Position numbers and translations under genes: made by a program. Of a stretch of DNA of 64,000 nucleotides, positions 20,512 to 31,511 are shown piece by piece. Numbering within the stretch: position 1 is the first letter of the stretch; each line of letters starts with the position of its first letter. The notes beneath the pieces are model-generated. The model worked only from the letters and a program-made list of their open reading frames with translations. It was not told where the DNA came from and did not search any database. This DNA comes from Balanoglossus misakiensis (taxonomy: Eukaryota; Animalia; Hemichordata), in assembly GCA_040954595.2 (NCBI GenBank), contig CM082580.2, positions 362,783 to 426,782 of the forward strand. Reading direction: 5' to 3'.

Positions 20512-21537
20512 TCAGTGTGACGCGGAGATGTCTTTAAGATGCTGACCCATTTGAAAGGACACCAGATAACGAGTCTGAAATGGAATGTTAAGATAACGGA
20601 GATACGCGCTGGATTGCCAATCCCCTTGGAGTTTGATAAGCTCCCCAGGGACCCCACTTTCGAATGCAAAGGTTGCACCCCCACGACGGAGGCTGTGACC
20701 TGAGTACATGTCAGCAGGAAAGCCTGCCCTCTGAACTAAACATTTGATACTTTTCACCAGCCCTGAATGGGTCAAGGGGACCAATTTGCCACATTTGGGA
20801 AAAACAAATGCTGGGCTAGAGGGTGGGGCTGGGATGATCTCACACATGTGATTGTATGCCTGTAAAGGGCACAACACCGAACCTGGAATGTGGGCAAGTG
20901 GAATAGTCAAACAGCGTTCGCGAAACTGAATGGTTTTTGACCAAGTCACGCCGATTATAAGGCCAGAATCTGAGGAAATGACTTTACCCCTACAGAGGTG
21001 TTTAGCCGGATCAAAGTCGGTTGCAGACTTCGGAACAAGATTTGACTTGCGAAAAAAGGAGAAAAACCCTATCAAAAGGCATGCCCACAAAGTAACATCG
21101 AATGGAACAGCCACATCTAGAAGCCCGAAAAACTGTAGCAACAACTGGGGGGTGATGGGTAATTTCTGCCTCACTGGCTGGAAAGTGCTACGGGAAAGAC
21201 ATTTCAAAAGTAATTTGACAACATACTGATCAGCGGCCAATGGCGTGAAGCCATGGATTCTATGCAAGGTACGAATTGCGTACAAATAATTCTGAATGGT
21301 GCCAGTAGCAGTTACTGATCTTGCAAGAAACTGGATAAATCTACACACTGTAAGAACAGATGCTGGAACAGGAGTAAAATTGAAAAACTGACAAAACAGG
21401 AAGTAACTCTTCAACTGTGACGACAAATTCCGACGAGTTCCTTCCGCTAATGCTGACCTCATTGAGATAGCGATTTGAGCGTCTAAGGCTTGGATAGTTT
21501 GGCAGTGATCTGAAATAAAAATAAAATCAGTCACCAC
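20512..21537 (-). CDS. Tyrosine recombinase, unit 1 (intact)
   Basis: Catalytic motifs FFRKSNL, WSKT, HSLRRGGA, GDWQS and YLRY. The frame starts at a GTG rather than an ATG and has a splice acceptor at 21510. Confidence 0.93.
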   Translation of the reverse strand: MVTDFIFISDHCQTIQALDAQIAISMRSALAEGTRRNLSSQLKSYFLFCQFFNFTPVPASVLTVCRFIQFLARSVTATGTIQNYLYAIRTLHRIHGFTPLAADQYVVKLLLKCLSRSTFQPVRQKLPITPQLLLQFFGLLDVAVPFDVTLWACLLIGFFSFFRKSNLVPKSATDFDPAKHLCRGKVISSDSGLIIGVTWSKTIQFRERCLTIPLAHIPGSVLCPLQAYNHMCEIIPAPPSSPAFVFPKCGKLVPLTHSGLVKSIKCLVQRAGFPADMYSGHSLRRGGATFAFESGVPGELIKLQGDWQSSAYLRYLNIPFQTRYLVSFQMGQHLKDISASH

Positions 21538-23870
21538 TCATTGAGAAAGCGAATGTCATCCTCGGCGACTGGGTGCTCGGTCATTTGAGAAATATTAACA
21601 GATGATTTGAAGAGTTGCTCATAACTTGGGTCAAGATGCCAGCGACTGAGCGCATCAGCCAGCCGGTTCTCGGTGCCTGCGATGTGCACAGCACGTAGCT
21701 CAAACTCGTGAATCGCTGCTACCAGCCATAATTCCCTCAAGCAAGACAGCATTAGTTTATCCCTAGCTCTACCGGTATTAATGACCCAAACTGTTGCCTG
21801 GTTGTCGCAAGAGACCTGTATTTTCTTTCCAGACCATCTATCACCCCAAATTTTTGCCGCTATAGTAATAGTGAGTAATTCGAGGGCATTAATGTGAGGG
21901 TCCCCAACCTTTACAAAGTCAGGGAACTCCACGTGGAAATACTCGTTGTCGCAAAGCCCCCCTCCCCCTGTTGGGCATGCATCCGAAGAAAATATTTCAT
22001 CTGGCGGGCACCAACCTGACTCTTTAATGAGAGACACCCCATTATAAACCCTAATGAAATTAATCCACCACCGTAGATCTGCCTTGAAATCACTGTTTAG
22101 ATAGATATGGTAGTGATTGCGGGTGACGGTACGCAACACATCTAGCATTCTCGCCAGGAATAGCCTACCAGGCTTGACACATTTGGCAATAAAGGAAAGC
22201 TTGCCTATGAGTGATTGCAGCTCGCGCTTAGTTGCTTTTGTTTTAGTGACCCATACACCCAGCTCTTGCTCTATTTCATTAAGCCGGTCAGGAGTAACTT
22301 CCATAGTCATTGTAAGGGAGTTCAACTGGATTCCAAGAAAAGTCATGATTGATGACGGGGGCACCGCTTTGTGTTTGGCTTCTTGCAAACCCAGTCTATC
22401 CAGCGTGTCACCTACCTCCGCAAATGCCTTGTGGGCTTTGTTGGAGGTCTCTGCACCACCGAAGTCGTCAAGGTAATTAACACAGTCATACCCTTTCGTG
22501 GAATAGATATAAGAAACCGCATTAGTGGTGCGCTGGCAGGCTAGCGCTGCGGTTCGCAAGCCAAATGGCAATGTAAGGTCAAAGAACAATAAATTACGCC
22601 ACGTGTAGCCCAGCAAATGGTAGTCCGCTGGATCGACTGGTATTTGCCGATAAGCTCTGCTTAAATCGCGCTTAAATAGGAGGCATCCCCTGCCCTTACG
22701 GGTCATCATTGCAGTGAAATCATCAATGGAAGGATATTGAAGCTGAAAACTCTCCCCAAGATATTCCCCTTTGGGGATACCGTCATTTACTGAATGGTGG
22801 ATTGGGGAACTAAGATCAAAGACTATACGCCGATTAACACTATCTTTTTTTTCGACAGTCTGAATGGGGGAAGTACTGAGTGGTGTGGCAAGGGGGTTAG
22901 TTAAGAACGGACCCGCTGTAGCCCCGGCTGCGACTTCGTTAATGATCCAGTTGTCGACATGCGCCGAGTAATTTATAGCTGATGGGTGGTTTTTCACTGT
23001 AGAGTATGGCAATTCTGAGGCTGTATAGTAGACGGGCCAACCATATTGTAGGTAATCGCAGATGATTTTGTCATCATATTGCTGCAATTCGGCTCGCCAA
23101 ATTGGGATTTGAAGATTTGATGAAACGGGTATTCTGCAAAATTGAGAATTTGGTAAACCTGATTCAACAACTATGTCATGAACGGTTATAACTTCTGTTA
23201 AATCAGGGGGTGACGCTTGTGGCCATGACGACGGGGGACAGACATCCCCGCCCACGGGAGTATCTGATAACTCAGAATACTGCATATCATTGCCCAGTGG
23301 ATAAGTGTCTGGAACACTGTGATCAACAAGGGTGGGGTTGGGAGGCCCCATATTTGGAACATTTTCCACAGTAAACATATCACTAACAAAGACATCGTGG
23401 TCATCACTGATCATACCGTCAGATGAACCATGAGCGCTAATCTCACATGCAAATTCAGTGGTATCACCGACGGTATGGGCTAGTGATTCAATAGGGATTT
23501 GCTTGTCAAGATCAGTCTCAATATCAGGTTCTATCAAATCAACTGTATGAGTTTTACAAAGGTATTTGTCAACATTATCCCTGCTAACAGAGGTATCAAA
23601 ACAACCTGTGTGTTCAGAGGCAACATTGGCAATGGTACATGTTACTGGCTCGTCAATCGAAAGCACTGGTTCAGAAATACTACTAGGGTTAACACTAGCA
23701 TCCCGCAAAACCTCCGGGTTGCACATTGACAGGCTTCTTGAAATATCAATCTCCATGTCAGTTTGTACAGAGCGATCACACTTGTGCACTGCCTGATCTG
23801 TGATGCCCATCAATGTATAAAAGTCATTGATATTACACTCCGTGCCTGCACTTTTGACTCTATGGTTCAA
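21531..23870 (-). CDS. Reverse transcriptase / RNase H (pol), unit 1 (intact; frame open back to the duplication junction at ~23933)
   Basis: RT: RIVFDLS, KRDLSRAYRQ, LPFGLR, YLDDF. RNase H: SDAC, INALEL, CDNQ, NRLADALSR. Confidence 0.94.
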   Translation of the reverse strand: MNHRVKSAGTECNINDFYTLMGITDQAVHKCDRSVQTDMEIDISRSLSMCNPEVLRDASVNPSSISEPVLSIDEPVTCTIANVASEHTGCFDTSVSRDNVDKYLCKTHTVDLIEPDIETDLDKQIPIESLAHTVGDTTEFACEISAHGSSDGMISDDHDVFVSDMFTVENVPNMGPPNPTLVDHSVPDTYPLGNDMQYSELSDTPVGGDVCPPSSWPQASPPDLTEVITVHDIVVESGLPNSQFCRIPVSSNLQIPIWRAELQQYDDKIICDYLQYGWPVYYTASELPYSTVKNHPSAINYSAHVDNWIINEVAAGATAGPFLTNPLATPLSTSPIQTVEKKDSVNRRIVFDLSSPIHHSVNDGIPKGEYLGESFQLQYPSIDDFTAMMTRKGRGCLLFKRDLSRAYRQIPVDPADYHLLGYTWRNLLFFDLTLPFGLRTAALACQRTTNAVSYIYSTKGYDCVNYLDDFGGAETSNKAHKAFAEVGDTLDRLGLQEAKHKAVPPSSIMTFLGIQLNSLTMTMEVTPDRLNEIEQELGVWVTKTKATKRELQSLIGKLSFIAKCVKPGRLFLARMLDVLRTVTRNHYHIYLNSDFKADLRWWINFIRVYNGVSLIKESGWCPPDEIFSSDACPTGGGGLCDNEYFHVEFPDFVKVGDPHINALELLTITIAAKIWGDRWSGKKIQVSCDNQATVWVINTGRARDKLMLSCLRELWLVAAIHEFELRAVHIAGTENRLADALSRWHLDPSYEQLFKSSVNISQMTEHPVAEDDIRFLNEW

Positions 23871-24665
23871 TTTAGGAATTAAATTGCTGTCACAGTCATG
23901 AGAGTCTTGTTTAGACTTATCTACCTCTGCTTTAAATCAAGGGGTGACGCTTGTGGCCATGACGACGGGGGACAGACATCCCCGCCCACGGGAGTATCTG
24001 ATAACTCAGAATACTGCATATCATTGCCCAGTGGATAAGTGTCTGGAACACTGTGATCAACAAGGGTGGGGTTGGGAGGCCCCATATTTGGAACATTTTC
24101 CACAGTAAACATATCACTAACAAAGACATCGTGGTCATCACTGATCATACCGTCAGATGAACCATGAGCGCTAATCTCACATGCAAATTCAGTGGTATCA
24201 CCGACGGTATGGGCTAGTGATTCAATAGGGATTTGCTTGTCAAGATCAGTCTCAATATCAGGTTCTATCAAATCAACTGTATGAGTTTTACAAAGGTATT
24301 TGTCAACATTATCCCTGCTAACAGAGGTATCAAAACAACCTGTGTGTTCAGAGGCAACATTGGCAATGGTACATGTTACTGGCTCGTCAATCGAAAGCAC
24401 TGGTTCAGAAATACTACTAGGGTTAACAATAGCATCCCGCAAAACCTCCGGGTTGCACATTGACAGGCTTCTTGAAATATCAATCTCCATGTCAGTTTGT
24501 ACAGAGCGATCACACTTGTGCACTGCCTGATCTGTGATGCCCATCAATGTATAAAAGTAATTGATATTACACTCCGTGCCTGCACTTTTGACTCTATGGT
24601 TCAATTTAGGAATTAAATTGCTGTCACAGTCATGAGAGTCTTGTTTAGACTTATCTACCTCTGCT
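23198..24665. repeat. 734-bp internal tandem duplication (also at 28855-30322 and 34498-35965)
   Basis: 23198-23931 is nearly identical to 23932-24665. The same ~245-aa peptide appears at the gag C-terminus and the pol N-terminus. Confidence 0.96.
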
Positions 24666-25837
24666 TTGCCAGAACTATCGGTCAACTTGTTGCTCTCTTG
24701 CTCTCTAAAGGCCTTATCCTTCCAGGGGCTGGCAATCTTGGGATGCTTGGCCAGGTTGTTACGCAACTTCATGCAGGCTTCACATATGTGTTTGAATGCG
24801 CAATCCTCCTTCTCGCACTTGTTACTTTGGTATTTGAAACATACATTAATCTGATCCTTCTTTTTGGATTTGTCCGCTGTTTTATCCCGTCTGATCTCGC
24901 CGATACGCGGCAGCAAATATAGCTCTCTCAGATCTGCGGTGTCATTTGCCCATGTTCTGAGTCCTGACTCCATGTCAGAGAGGAGCGCGCCCTCGAACTT
25001 CAAGATGGCGTCCCAGGGGAACAAATTGGCGTCTTTCATAAGCGACTGTAAGTGTTGTAATCGCTGCTGTTTCTCTGTGTCACTCAAAGTAGGAAGTTGC
25101 ACTATCGCGAGATTACCTTCCACAAATTCCGCCATTGACATATCATCGAATTTTGGTGGGGCGCCCGAGAATGTCCGAGCCCTGACGAACATGTGCGGCC
25201 ATAGGACGTGCTGTCGCACACGATCGGTTCTGGTGTTGAACTGCATCGATTTCATTGGTACGTTACCTGCTTTGCTCTGCGCTGCTGTGTATAAACCGGA
25301 CTGTGCCAGGAGTTGGTTCGGTTGGAGGTCTTCACCGCCGCCAGCGGCCCCTGTCGCTGGTAGCCACGGACTGCCTGATGGTAACGACCACTGCAATTGT
25401 GAGTCTTCTTTCGCCATCCTCTTGAGATCGGGTAGCGTGAGTTGACTCAGGTCGTGACTTCTGGGACTTCCGCTCGAAGCAGCTGGCGGGCTGCGTCGTT
25501 CCTTCTCCAGTTTCATTTCTTTTAGTTGTTTTCTTAAATTGTCTACTTCAGATTGCTCCTGCAGTCTCGCTATCTCCGCCTGCAACTTCTCTTTCTCTGA
25601 CCTCACATCTTCCCCGTCAGATGAAGTGTCTTCTTCCTTGACAGGTTTGCTACATTTCCCGCCTTTCGAACGAGCTGACGCCATTGGTACTTTGGAAAGT
25701 TTGGTGGGGGGGACCACGCGAACTTTTCGACCGGTCGATGCTCTTGTCGTAGTCTTACTGCGGGTTGCAGGTCCCTTTTTGGCGACTGGACTGGGCTCTA
25801 TTCCCAAATCCAGCAGCTGTTGTTCAGCGTTCTCCAT
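23921..25837 (-). CDS. Gag-like ORF1, unit 1
   Basis: 638 aa, with a coiled coil and a Cys/His cluster CFKYQSNKCEKEDCAFKHICEAC…H, lying upstream of pol. Confidence 0.85.
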   Translation of the reverse strand: MENAEQQLLDLGIEPSPVAKKGPATRSKTTTRASTGRKVRVVPPTKLSKVPMASARSKGGKCSKPVKEEDTSSDGEDVRSEKEKLQAEIARLQEQSEVDNLRKQLKEMKLEKERRSPPAASSGSPRSHDLSQLTLPDLKRMAKEDSQLQWSLPSGSPWLPATGAAGGGEDLQPNQLLAQSGLYTAAQSKAGNVPMKSMQFNTRTDRVRQHVLWPHMFVRARTFSGAPPKFDDMSMAEFVEGNLAIVQLPTLSDTEKQQRLQHLQSLMKDANLFPWDAILKFEGALLSDMESGLRTWANDTADLRELYLLPRIGEIRRDKTADKSKKKDQINVCFKYQSNKCEKEDCAFKHICEACMKLRNNLAKHPKIASPWKDKAFREQESNKLTDSSGKAEVDKSKQDSHDCDSNLIPKLNHRVKSAGTECNINYFYTLMGITDQAVHKCDRSVQTDMEIDISRSLSMCNPEVLRDAIVNPSSISEPVLSIDEPVTCTIANVASEHTGCFDTSVSRDNVDKYLCKTHTVDLIEPDIETDLDKQIPIESLAHTVGDTTEFACEISAHGSSDGMISDDHDVFVSDMFTVENVPNMGPPNPTLVDHSVPDTYPLGNDMQYSELSDTPVGGDVCPPSSWPQASPLDLKQR

Positions 25838-25854
25838 AATAACGGTGAGAAATT

Positions 25855-26124
25855 GAAATTGAGGCAGAGAGAGCGTGCACTGCAGGACACGCTCCGAACC
25901 CTTGAAGTGGCCGTGAGTGATGGATTATGGGATTTTTGAGGCTCGTTTGAGGTTGAGGGCGCTCCTTTTCGAGTTGCTTAATTGGGTAACATTATGCCGT
26001 TGATCGCAATGTTACCTAAATTACTTGAGATCTCTCTAACACACAAACCAAGGACACAGGTTTGGCAGCTGAAGGCAAGAGCCATTATTTATTTACGTGA
26101 ACTGGGGGCTCTTGCAGGCCCAAC
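25855..26124 (-). repeat. Inter-unit B/A junction (A 25855-26018, B 26019-26124)
   Basis: Copy of 20198-20467 at +5657, with B1-type and A1-type diagnostic bases. Confidence 0.9.
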
Positions 26125-26168
26125 CACTGCCAAACCCGGTCCGCCTCTCTGCTAGTGCCACAGTAAAA

Positions 26169-27194
26169 TCAGTGTGACGCGGAGATGTCTTTAATATGCT
26201 GACCCATTTGAAAGGACACCAGATAACGAGTCTGAAATGGAATGTTAAGATAACGGAGATACGCGCTGGATTGCCAATCCCCTTGGAGTTTGATAAGCTC
26301 CCCAGGGACCCCACTTTCGAATGCAAAGGTTGCACCCCCACGACGGAGGCTGTGACCCGAGTACATGTCAGCAGGAAAGCCTGCCCTCTGAACTAAACAT
26401 TTGATACTTTTCACCAGCCCTGAATGGGTCAAGGGGACCAATTTGCCACATTTGGGAAAAACAAATGCTGGGCTAGAGGGTGGGGCTGGGATGATCTCAC
26501 ACATGTGATTGTATGCCTGTAAAGGGCACAACACCGAACCTGGAATGCGGGCAAGTGGAATAGTCAAACAGCGTTCGCGAAACTGAATGGTTTTTGACCA
26601 AGTCACGCCGATTATAAGGCCAGAATCTGAGGAAATGACTTTACCCCTACAGAGGTGTTTAGCCGGATCAAAGTCGGTTGCAGACTTCGGAACAAGATTT
26701 GACTTGCGAAAAAAGGAGAAAAACCCTATCAAAAGGCATGCCCACAAAGTAACATCGAATGGAACAGCCACATCTAGAAGCCCGAAAAACTGTAGCAACA
26801 ACTGGGGGGTGATGGGTAATTTCTGCCTCACTGGCTGGAAAGTGCTACGGGAAAGACATTTCAAAAGTAATTTGACAACATACTGATCAGCGGCCAATGG
26901 CGTGAAGCCATGGATTCTATGCAAGGTACGAATTGCGTACAAATAATTCTGAATGGTGCCAGTAGCAGTTACTGATCTTGCAAGAAACTGGATAAATCTA
27001 CACACTGTAAGAACAGATGCTGGAACAGGAGTAAAATTGAAAAACTGACAAAACAGGAAGTAACTCTTCAACTGTGACGACAAATTCCGACGAGTTCCTT
27101 CCGCTAATGCTGACCTCATTGAGATAGCGATTTGAGCGTCTAAGGCTTGGATAGTTTGGCAGTGATCTGAAATAAAAATAAAATCAGTCACCAC
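26169..27194 (-). CDS. Tyrosine recombinase, unit 2 (intact)
   Basis: 341 aa, with 2 residue differences from unit 1. Confidence 0.93.
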   Translation of the reverse strand: MVTDFIFISDHCQTIQALDAQIAISMRSALAEGTRRNLSSQLKSYFLFCQFFNFTPVPASVLTVCRFIQFLARSVTATGTIQNYLYAIRTLHRIHGFTPLAADQYVVKLLLKCLSRSTFQPVRQKLPITPQLLLQFFGLLDVAVPFDVTLWACLLIGFFSFFRKSNLVPKSATDFDPAKHLCRGKVISSDSGLIIGVTWSKTIQFRERCLTIPLARIPGSVLCPLQAYNHMCEIIPAPPSSPAFVFPKCGKLVPLTHSGLVKSIKCLVQRAGFPADMYSGHSLRRGGATFAFESGVPGELIKLQGDWQSSAYLRYLNIPFQTRYLVSFQMGQHIKDISASH

Positions 27195-29527
27195 TCATTG
27201 AGAAAGCGAATGTCATCCTCGGCGACTGGGTGCTCGGTCATTTGAGAAATATTAACAGATGATTTGAAGAGTTGCTCATAACTTGGGTCAAGATGCCAGC
27301 GACTGAGCGCATCAGCCAGCCGGTTCTCGGTGCCTGCGATGTGCACAGCACGTAGCTCAAACTCGTGAATCGCTGCTACCAGCCATAATTCCCTCAAGCA
27401 AGACAGCATTAGTTTATCCCTAGCTCTACCGGTATTAATGACCCAAACTGTTGCCTGGTTGTCGCAAGAGACCTGTATTTTCTTTCCAGACCATCTATCA
27501 CCCCAAATTTTTGCCGCTATAGTAATAGTGAGTAATTCGAGGGCATTAATGTGAGGGTCCCCAACCTTTACAAAGTCAGGGAACTCCACGTGGAAATACT
27601 CGTTGTCGCAAAGCCCCCCTCCCCCTGTTGGGCATGCATCCGAAGAAAATATTTCATCTGGCGGGCACCAACCTGACTCTTTAATGAGAGACACCCCATT
27701 ATAAACCCTAATGAAATTAATCCACCACCGTAGATCTGCCTTGAAATCACTGTTCAGATAGATATGGTAGTGATTGCGGGTGACGGTACGCAACACATCT
27801 AGCATTCTCGCCAGGAATAGCCTACCAGGCTTGACACATTTGGCAATAAAGGAAAGCTTGCCTATGAGTGATTGCAGCTCGCGCTTAGTTGCTTTTGTTT
27901 TAGTGACCCATACACCCAGCTCTTGCTCTATTTCATTAAGCCGGTCAGGAGTAACTTCCATAGTCATTGTAAGGGAGTTCAACTGGATTCCAAGAAAAGT
28001 CATGATTGATGACGGGGGCACCGCTTTGTGTTTGGCTTCTTGCAAACCCAGTCTATCCAGCGTGTCACCTAGCTCCGCAAATGCCTTGTGGGCTTTGTTG
28101 GAGGTCTCTGCACCACCGAAGTCGTCAAGGTAATTAACACAGTCATACCCTTTCGTGGAATAGATATAAGAAACCGCATTAGTGGTGCGCTGGCAGGCTA
28201 GCGCTGCGGTTCGCAAGCCAAATGGCAATGTAAGGTCAAAGAACAATAAATTACGCCACGTGTAGCCCAGCAAATGGTAGTCCGCTGGATCGACTGGTAT
28301 TTGCCGATAAGCTCTGCTTAAATCGCGCTTAAATAGGAGGCATCCCCTGCCCTTACGGGTCATCATTGCAGTGAAATCATCAATGGAAGGATATTGAAGC
28401 TGAAAACTCTCCCCAAGATATTCCCCTTTGGGGATACCGTCATTTACTGAATGGTGGATTGGGGAACTAAGATCAAAGACTATACGCCGATTAACACTAT
28501 CTTTTTTTTCGACAGTCTGAATGGGGGAAGTACTGAGTGGTGTGGCAAGGGGGTTAGTTAAGAACGGACCCGCTGTAGCCCCGGCTGCGACTTCGTTAAT
28601 GATCCAGTTGTCGACATGCGCCGAGTAATTTATAGCTGATGGGTGGTTTTTCACTGTAGAGTATGGCAATTCTGAGGCTGTATAGTAGACGGGCCAACCA
28701 TATTGTAGGTAATCGCAGATGATTTTGTCATCATATTGCTGCAATTCGGCTCGCCAAATTGGGATTTGAAGATTTGATGAAACGGGTATTCTGCAAAATT
28801 GAGAATTTGGTAAACCTGATTCAACAACTATGTCATGAACGGTTATAACTTCTGTTAAATCAGGGGGTGACGCTTGTGGCCATGACGACGGGGGACAGAC
28901 ATCCCCGCCCACGGGAGTATCTGATAACTCAGAATACTGCATATCATTGCCCAGTGGATAAGTGTCTGGAACACTGTGATCAACAAGGGTGGGGTTGGGA
29001 GGCCCCATATTTGGAACATTTTCCACAGTAAACATGTCACTAACAAAGACATCGTGGTCATCACTGATCATACCGTCAGATGAACCATGAGCGCTAATCT
29101 CACATGCAAATTCAGTGGTATCACCGACGGTATGGGCTAGTGATTCAATAGGGATTTGCTTGTCAAGATCAGTCTCAATATCAGGTTCTATCAAATCAAC
29201 TGTATGAGTTTTACAAAGGTATTTGTCAACATTATCCCTGCTAACAGAGGTATCAAAACAACCTGTGTGTTCAGAGGCAACATTGGCAATGGTACATGTT
29301 ACTGGCTCGTCAATCGAAAGCACTGGTTCAGAAATACTACTAGGGTTAACAATAGCATCCCGCAAAACCTCCGGGTTGCACATTGACAGGCTTCTTGAAA
29401 TATCAATCTCCATGTCAGTTTGTACAGAGCGATCACACTTGTGCACTGCCTGATCTGTGATGCCCATCAATGTATAAAAGTCATTGATATTACACTCCGT
29501 ACCTGCACTTTTGACTCTATGGTTCAA
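27188..29527 (-). CDS. RT/RNase H, unit 2 (intact)
   Basis: 779 aa, near-identical to unit 1. Confidence 0.93.
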   Translation of the reverse strand: MNHRVKSAGTECNINDFYTLMGITDQAVHKCDRSVQTDMEIDISRSLSMCNPEVLRDAIVNPSSISEPVLSIDEPVTCTIANVASEHTGCFDTSVSRDNVDKYLCKTHTVDLIEPDIETDLDKQIPIESLAHTVGDTTEFACEISAHGSSDGMISDDHDVFVSDMFTVENVPNMGPPNPTLVDHSVPDTYPLGNDMQYSELSDTPVGGDVCPPSSWPQASPPDLTEVITVHDIVVESGLPNSQFCRIPVSSNLQIPIWRAELQQYDDKIICDYLQYGWPVYYTASELPYSTVKNHPSAINYSAHVDNWIINEVAAGATAGPFLTNPLATPLSTSPIQTVEKKDSVNRRIVFDLSSPIHHSVNDGIPKGEYLGESFQLQYPSIDDFTAMMTRKGRGCLLFKRDLSRAYRQIPVDPADYHLLGYTWRNLLFFDLTLPFGLRTAALACQRTTNAVSYIYSTKGYDCVNYLDDFGGAETSNKAHKAFAELGDTLDRLGLQEAKHKAVPPSSIMTFLGIQLNSLTMTMEVTPDRLNEIEQELGVWVTKTKATKRELQSLIGKLSFIAKCVKPGRLFLARMLDVLRTVTRNHYHIYLNSDFKADLRWWINFIRVYNGVSLIKESGWCPPDEIFSSDACPTGGGGLCDNEYFHVEFPDFVKVGDPHINALELLTITIAAKIWGDRWSGKKIQVSCDNQATVWVINTGRARDKLMLSCLRELWLVAAIHEFELRAVHIAGTENRLADALSRWHLDPSYEQLFKSSVNISQMTEHPVAEDDIRFLNEW

Positions 29528-29577
29528 TTTAGGAATTAAATTGCTGTCACAGTCATGAGAGTCTTGTTTAGACTTAT

Positions 29578-31494
29578 CTACCTCTGCTTTAAATCAAGGG
29601 GTGACCCTTGTGGCCATGACGACGGGGGACAGACATCCCCGCCCACGGGAGTATCTGATAACTCAGAATACTGCATATCATTGCCCAGTGGATAAGTGTC
29701 TGGAACACTGTGATCAACAAGGGTGGGGTTGGGAGGCCCCATATTTGGAACATTTTCCACAGTAAACATATCACTAACAAAGACATCGTGGTCATCACTG
29801 ATCATACCGTCAGATGAACCATGAGCGCTAATCTCACATGCAAATTCAGTGGTATCACCGACGGTATGGGCTAGTGATTCAATAGGGATTTGCTTGTCAA
29901 GATCAGTCTCAATATCAGGTTCTATCAAATCAACTGTATGAGTTTTACAAAGGTATTTGTCAACATTATCCCTGCTAACAGAGGTATCAAAACAACCTGT
30001 ATATTCAGAGGCAACATTGGCAATGGTACATGTTACTGGCTCGTCAATCGAAAGCACTGGTTCAGAAATACTACTAGGGTTAACAATAGCATCCCGCAAA
30101 ACCTCCGGGTTGCACATTGACAGGCTTCTTGAAATATCAATCTCCATGTCAGTTTGTACAGAGCGATCACACTTGTGCACTGCCTGATCTGTGATGCCCA
30201 TCAATGTATAAAAGTCATTGATATTACACTCCGTGCCTGCACTTTTGACTCTATGGTTCAATTTAGGAATTAAATTGCTGTCACAGTCATGAGAGTCTTG
30301 TTTAGACTTATCTACCTCTGCTTTGCCAGAACTATCGGTCAACTTGTTGCTCTCTTGCTCTCTAAAGGCCTTATCCTTCCAGGGGCTGGCAATCTTGGGA
30401 TGCTTGGCCAGGTTGTTACGCAACTTCATGCAGGCTTCACATATGTGTTTGAATGCGCAATCCTCCTTCTCGCACTTGTTACTTTGGTATTTGAAACATA
30501 CATTAATCTGATCCTTCTTTTTGGATTTGTCCGCTGTTTTATCCCGTCTGATCTCGCCGATACGCGGCAGCAAATATAGCTCTCTCAGATCTGCGGTGTC
30601 ATTTGCCCATGTTCTGAGTCCTGACTCCATGTCAGAGAGGAGCGCGCCCTCGAACTTCAAGATGGCGTCCCAGGGAAACAAATTGGCGTCTTTCATAAGC
30701 GACTGTAAGTGTTGTAATCGCTGCTGTTTCTCTGTGTCACTCAAAGTAGGAAGTTGCACTATCGCGAGATTACCTTCCACAAATTCCGCCATTCACATAT
30801 CATCGAATTTTGGTGGGGCGCCCGAGAATGTCCGAGCCCTGACGAACATGTGCGGCCATAGGACGTGCTGTCGCACACGATCGGTTCTGGTGTTGAAGCG
30901 CATCGATTTCATTGGTACGTTACCTGCTTTGCTCTGCGCTGCTGTGTATAAACCGGACTGTGCCAGGAGTTGGTTCGGTTGGAGGTCTTCACCGCCGCCA
31001 GCGGCCCCTGTCGCTGGTAGCCACGGACTGCCTGATGGTAACGACCACTGCAATTGTGAGTCTTCTTTCGCCATCCTCTTGAGATCGGGTAGCGTGAGTT
31101 GACTCAGGTCGTGACTTCTGGGACTTCCGCTCGAAGCGGCTGGCGGGCTGCGTCGTTCCTTCTCCAGTTTCATTTCTTTTAGTTGTTTTCTTAAATTGTC
31201 TACTTCAGATTGCTCCTGCAGTCTCGCTATCTCCGCCTGCAACTTCTCTTTCTCTGACCTCACATCTTCCCCGTCAGATGAAGTGTCTTCTTCCTTGACA
31301 GGTTTGCTACATTTCCCGCCTTTCGAACGAGCTGACGCCATTGGTACTTTGGAAAGTTTGGTGGGGGGGACCACGCGAACTTTTCGACCGGTCGATGCTC
31401 TTGTCGTAGTCTTACTGCGAGTTGCAGGTCCCTTTTTGGCGACTGGACTGGGCTCTATTCCCAAATCCAGCAGCTGTTGTTCAGCGTTCTCCAT
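29578..31494 (-). pseudogene. Gag-like ORF1, unit 2, with a premature stop
   Basis: TCA>TGA at 30793-30795 splits the ORF into 233 and 404 aa. Confidence 0.88.
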
Positions 31495-31511
31495 AATAAT
31501 GGTGAGAAATT

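Noticed and set aside
20512-21537. Phage integrase, prophage or Crypton interpretation of the YR
   Set aside because: The YR is linked to RT/RNase H, gag and split direct repeats, which is diagnostic of DIRS-order retroelements.
21531-21700. DIRS1 or PAT classification
   Set aside because: There are no inverted terminal repeats and no DNA adenine methyltransferase domain after RNase H. The arrangement fits Ngaro better, though a phylogeny is needed to confirm.
24864-25856. Plus-strand ORFs of 193 and 105 aa repeated in each retroelement unit
   Set aside because: They are antisense shadows of gag and recur only because the unit is triplicated.
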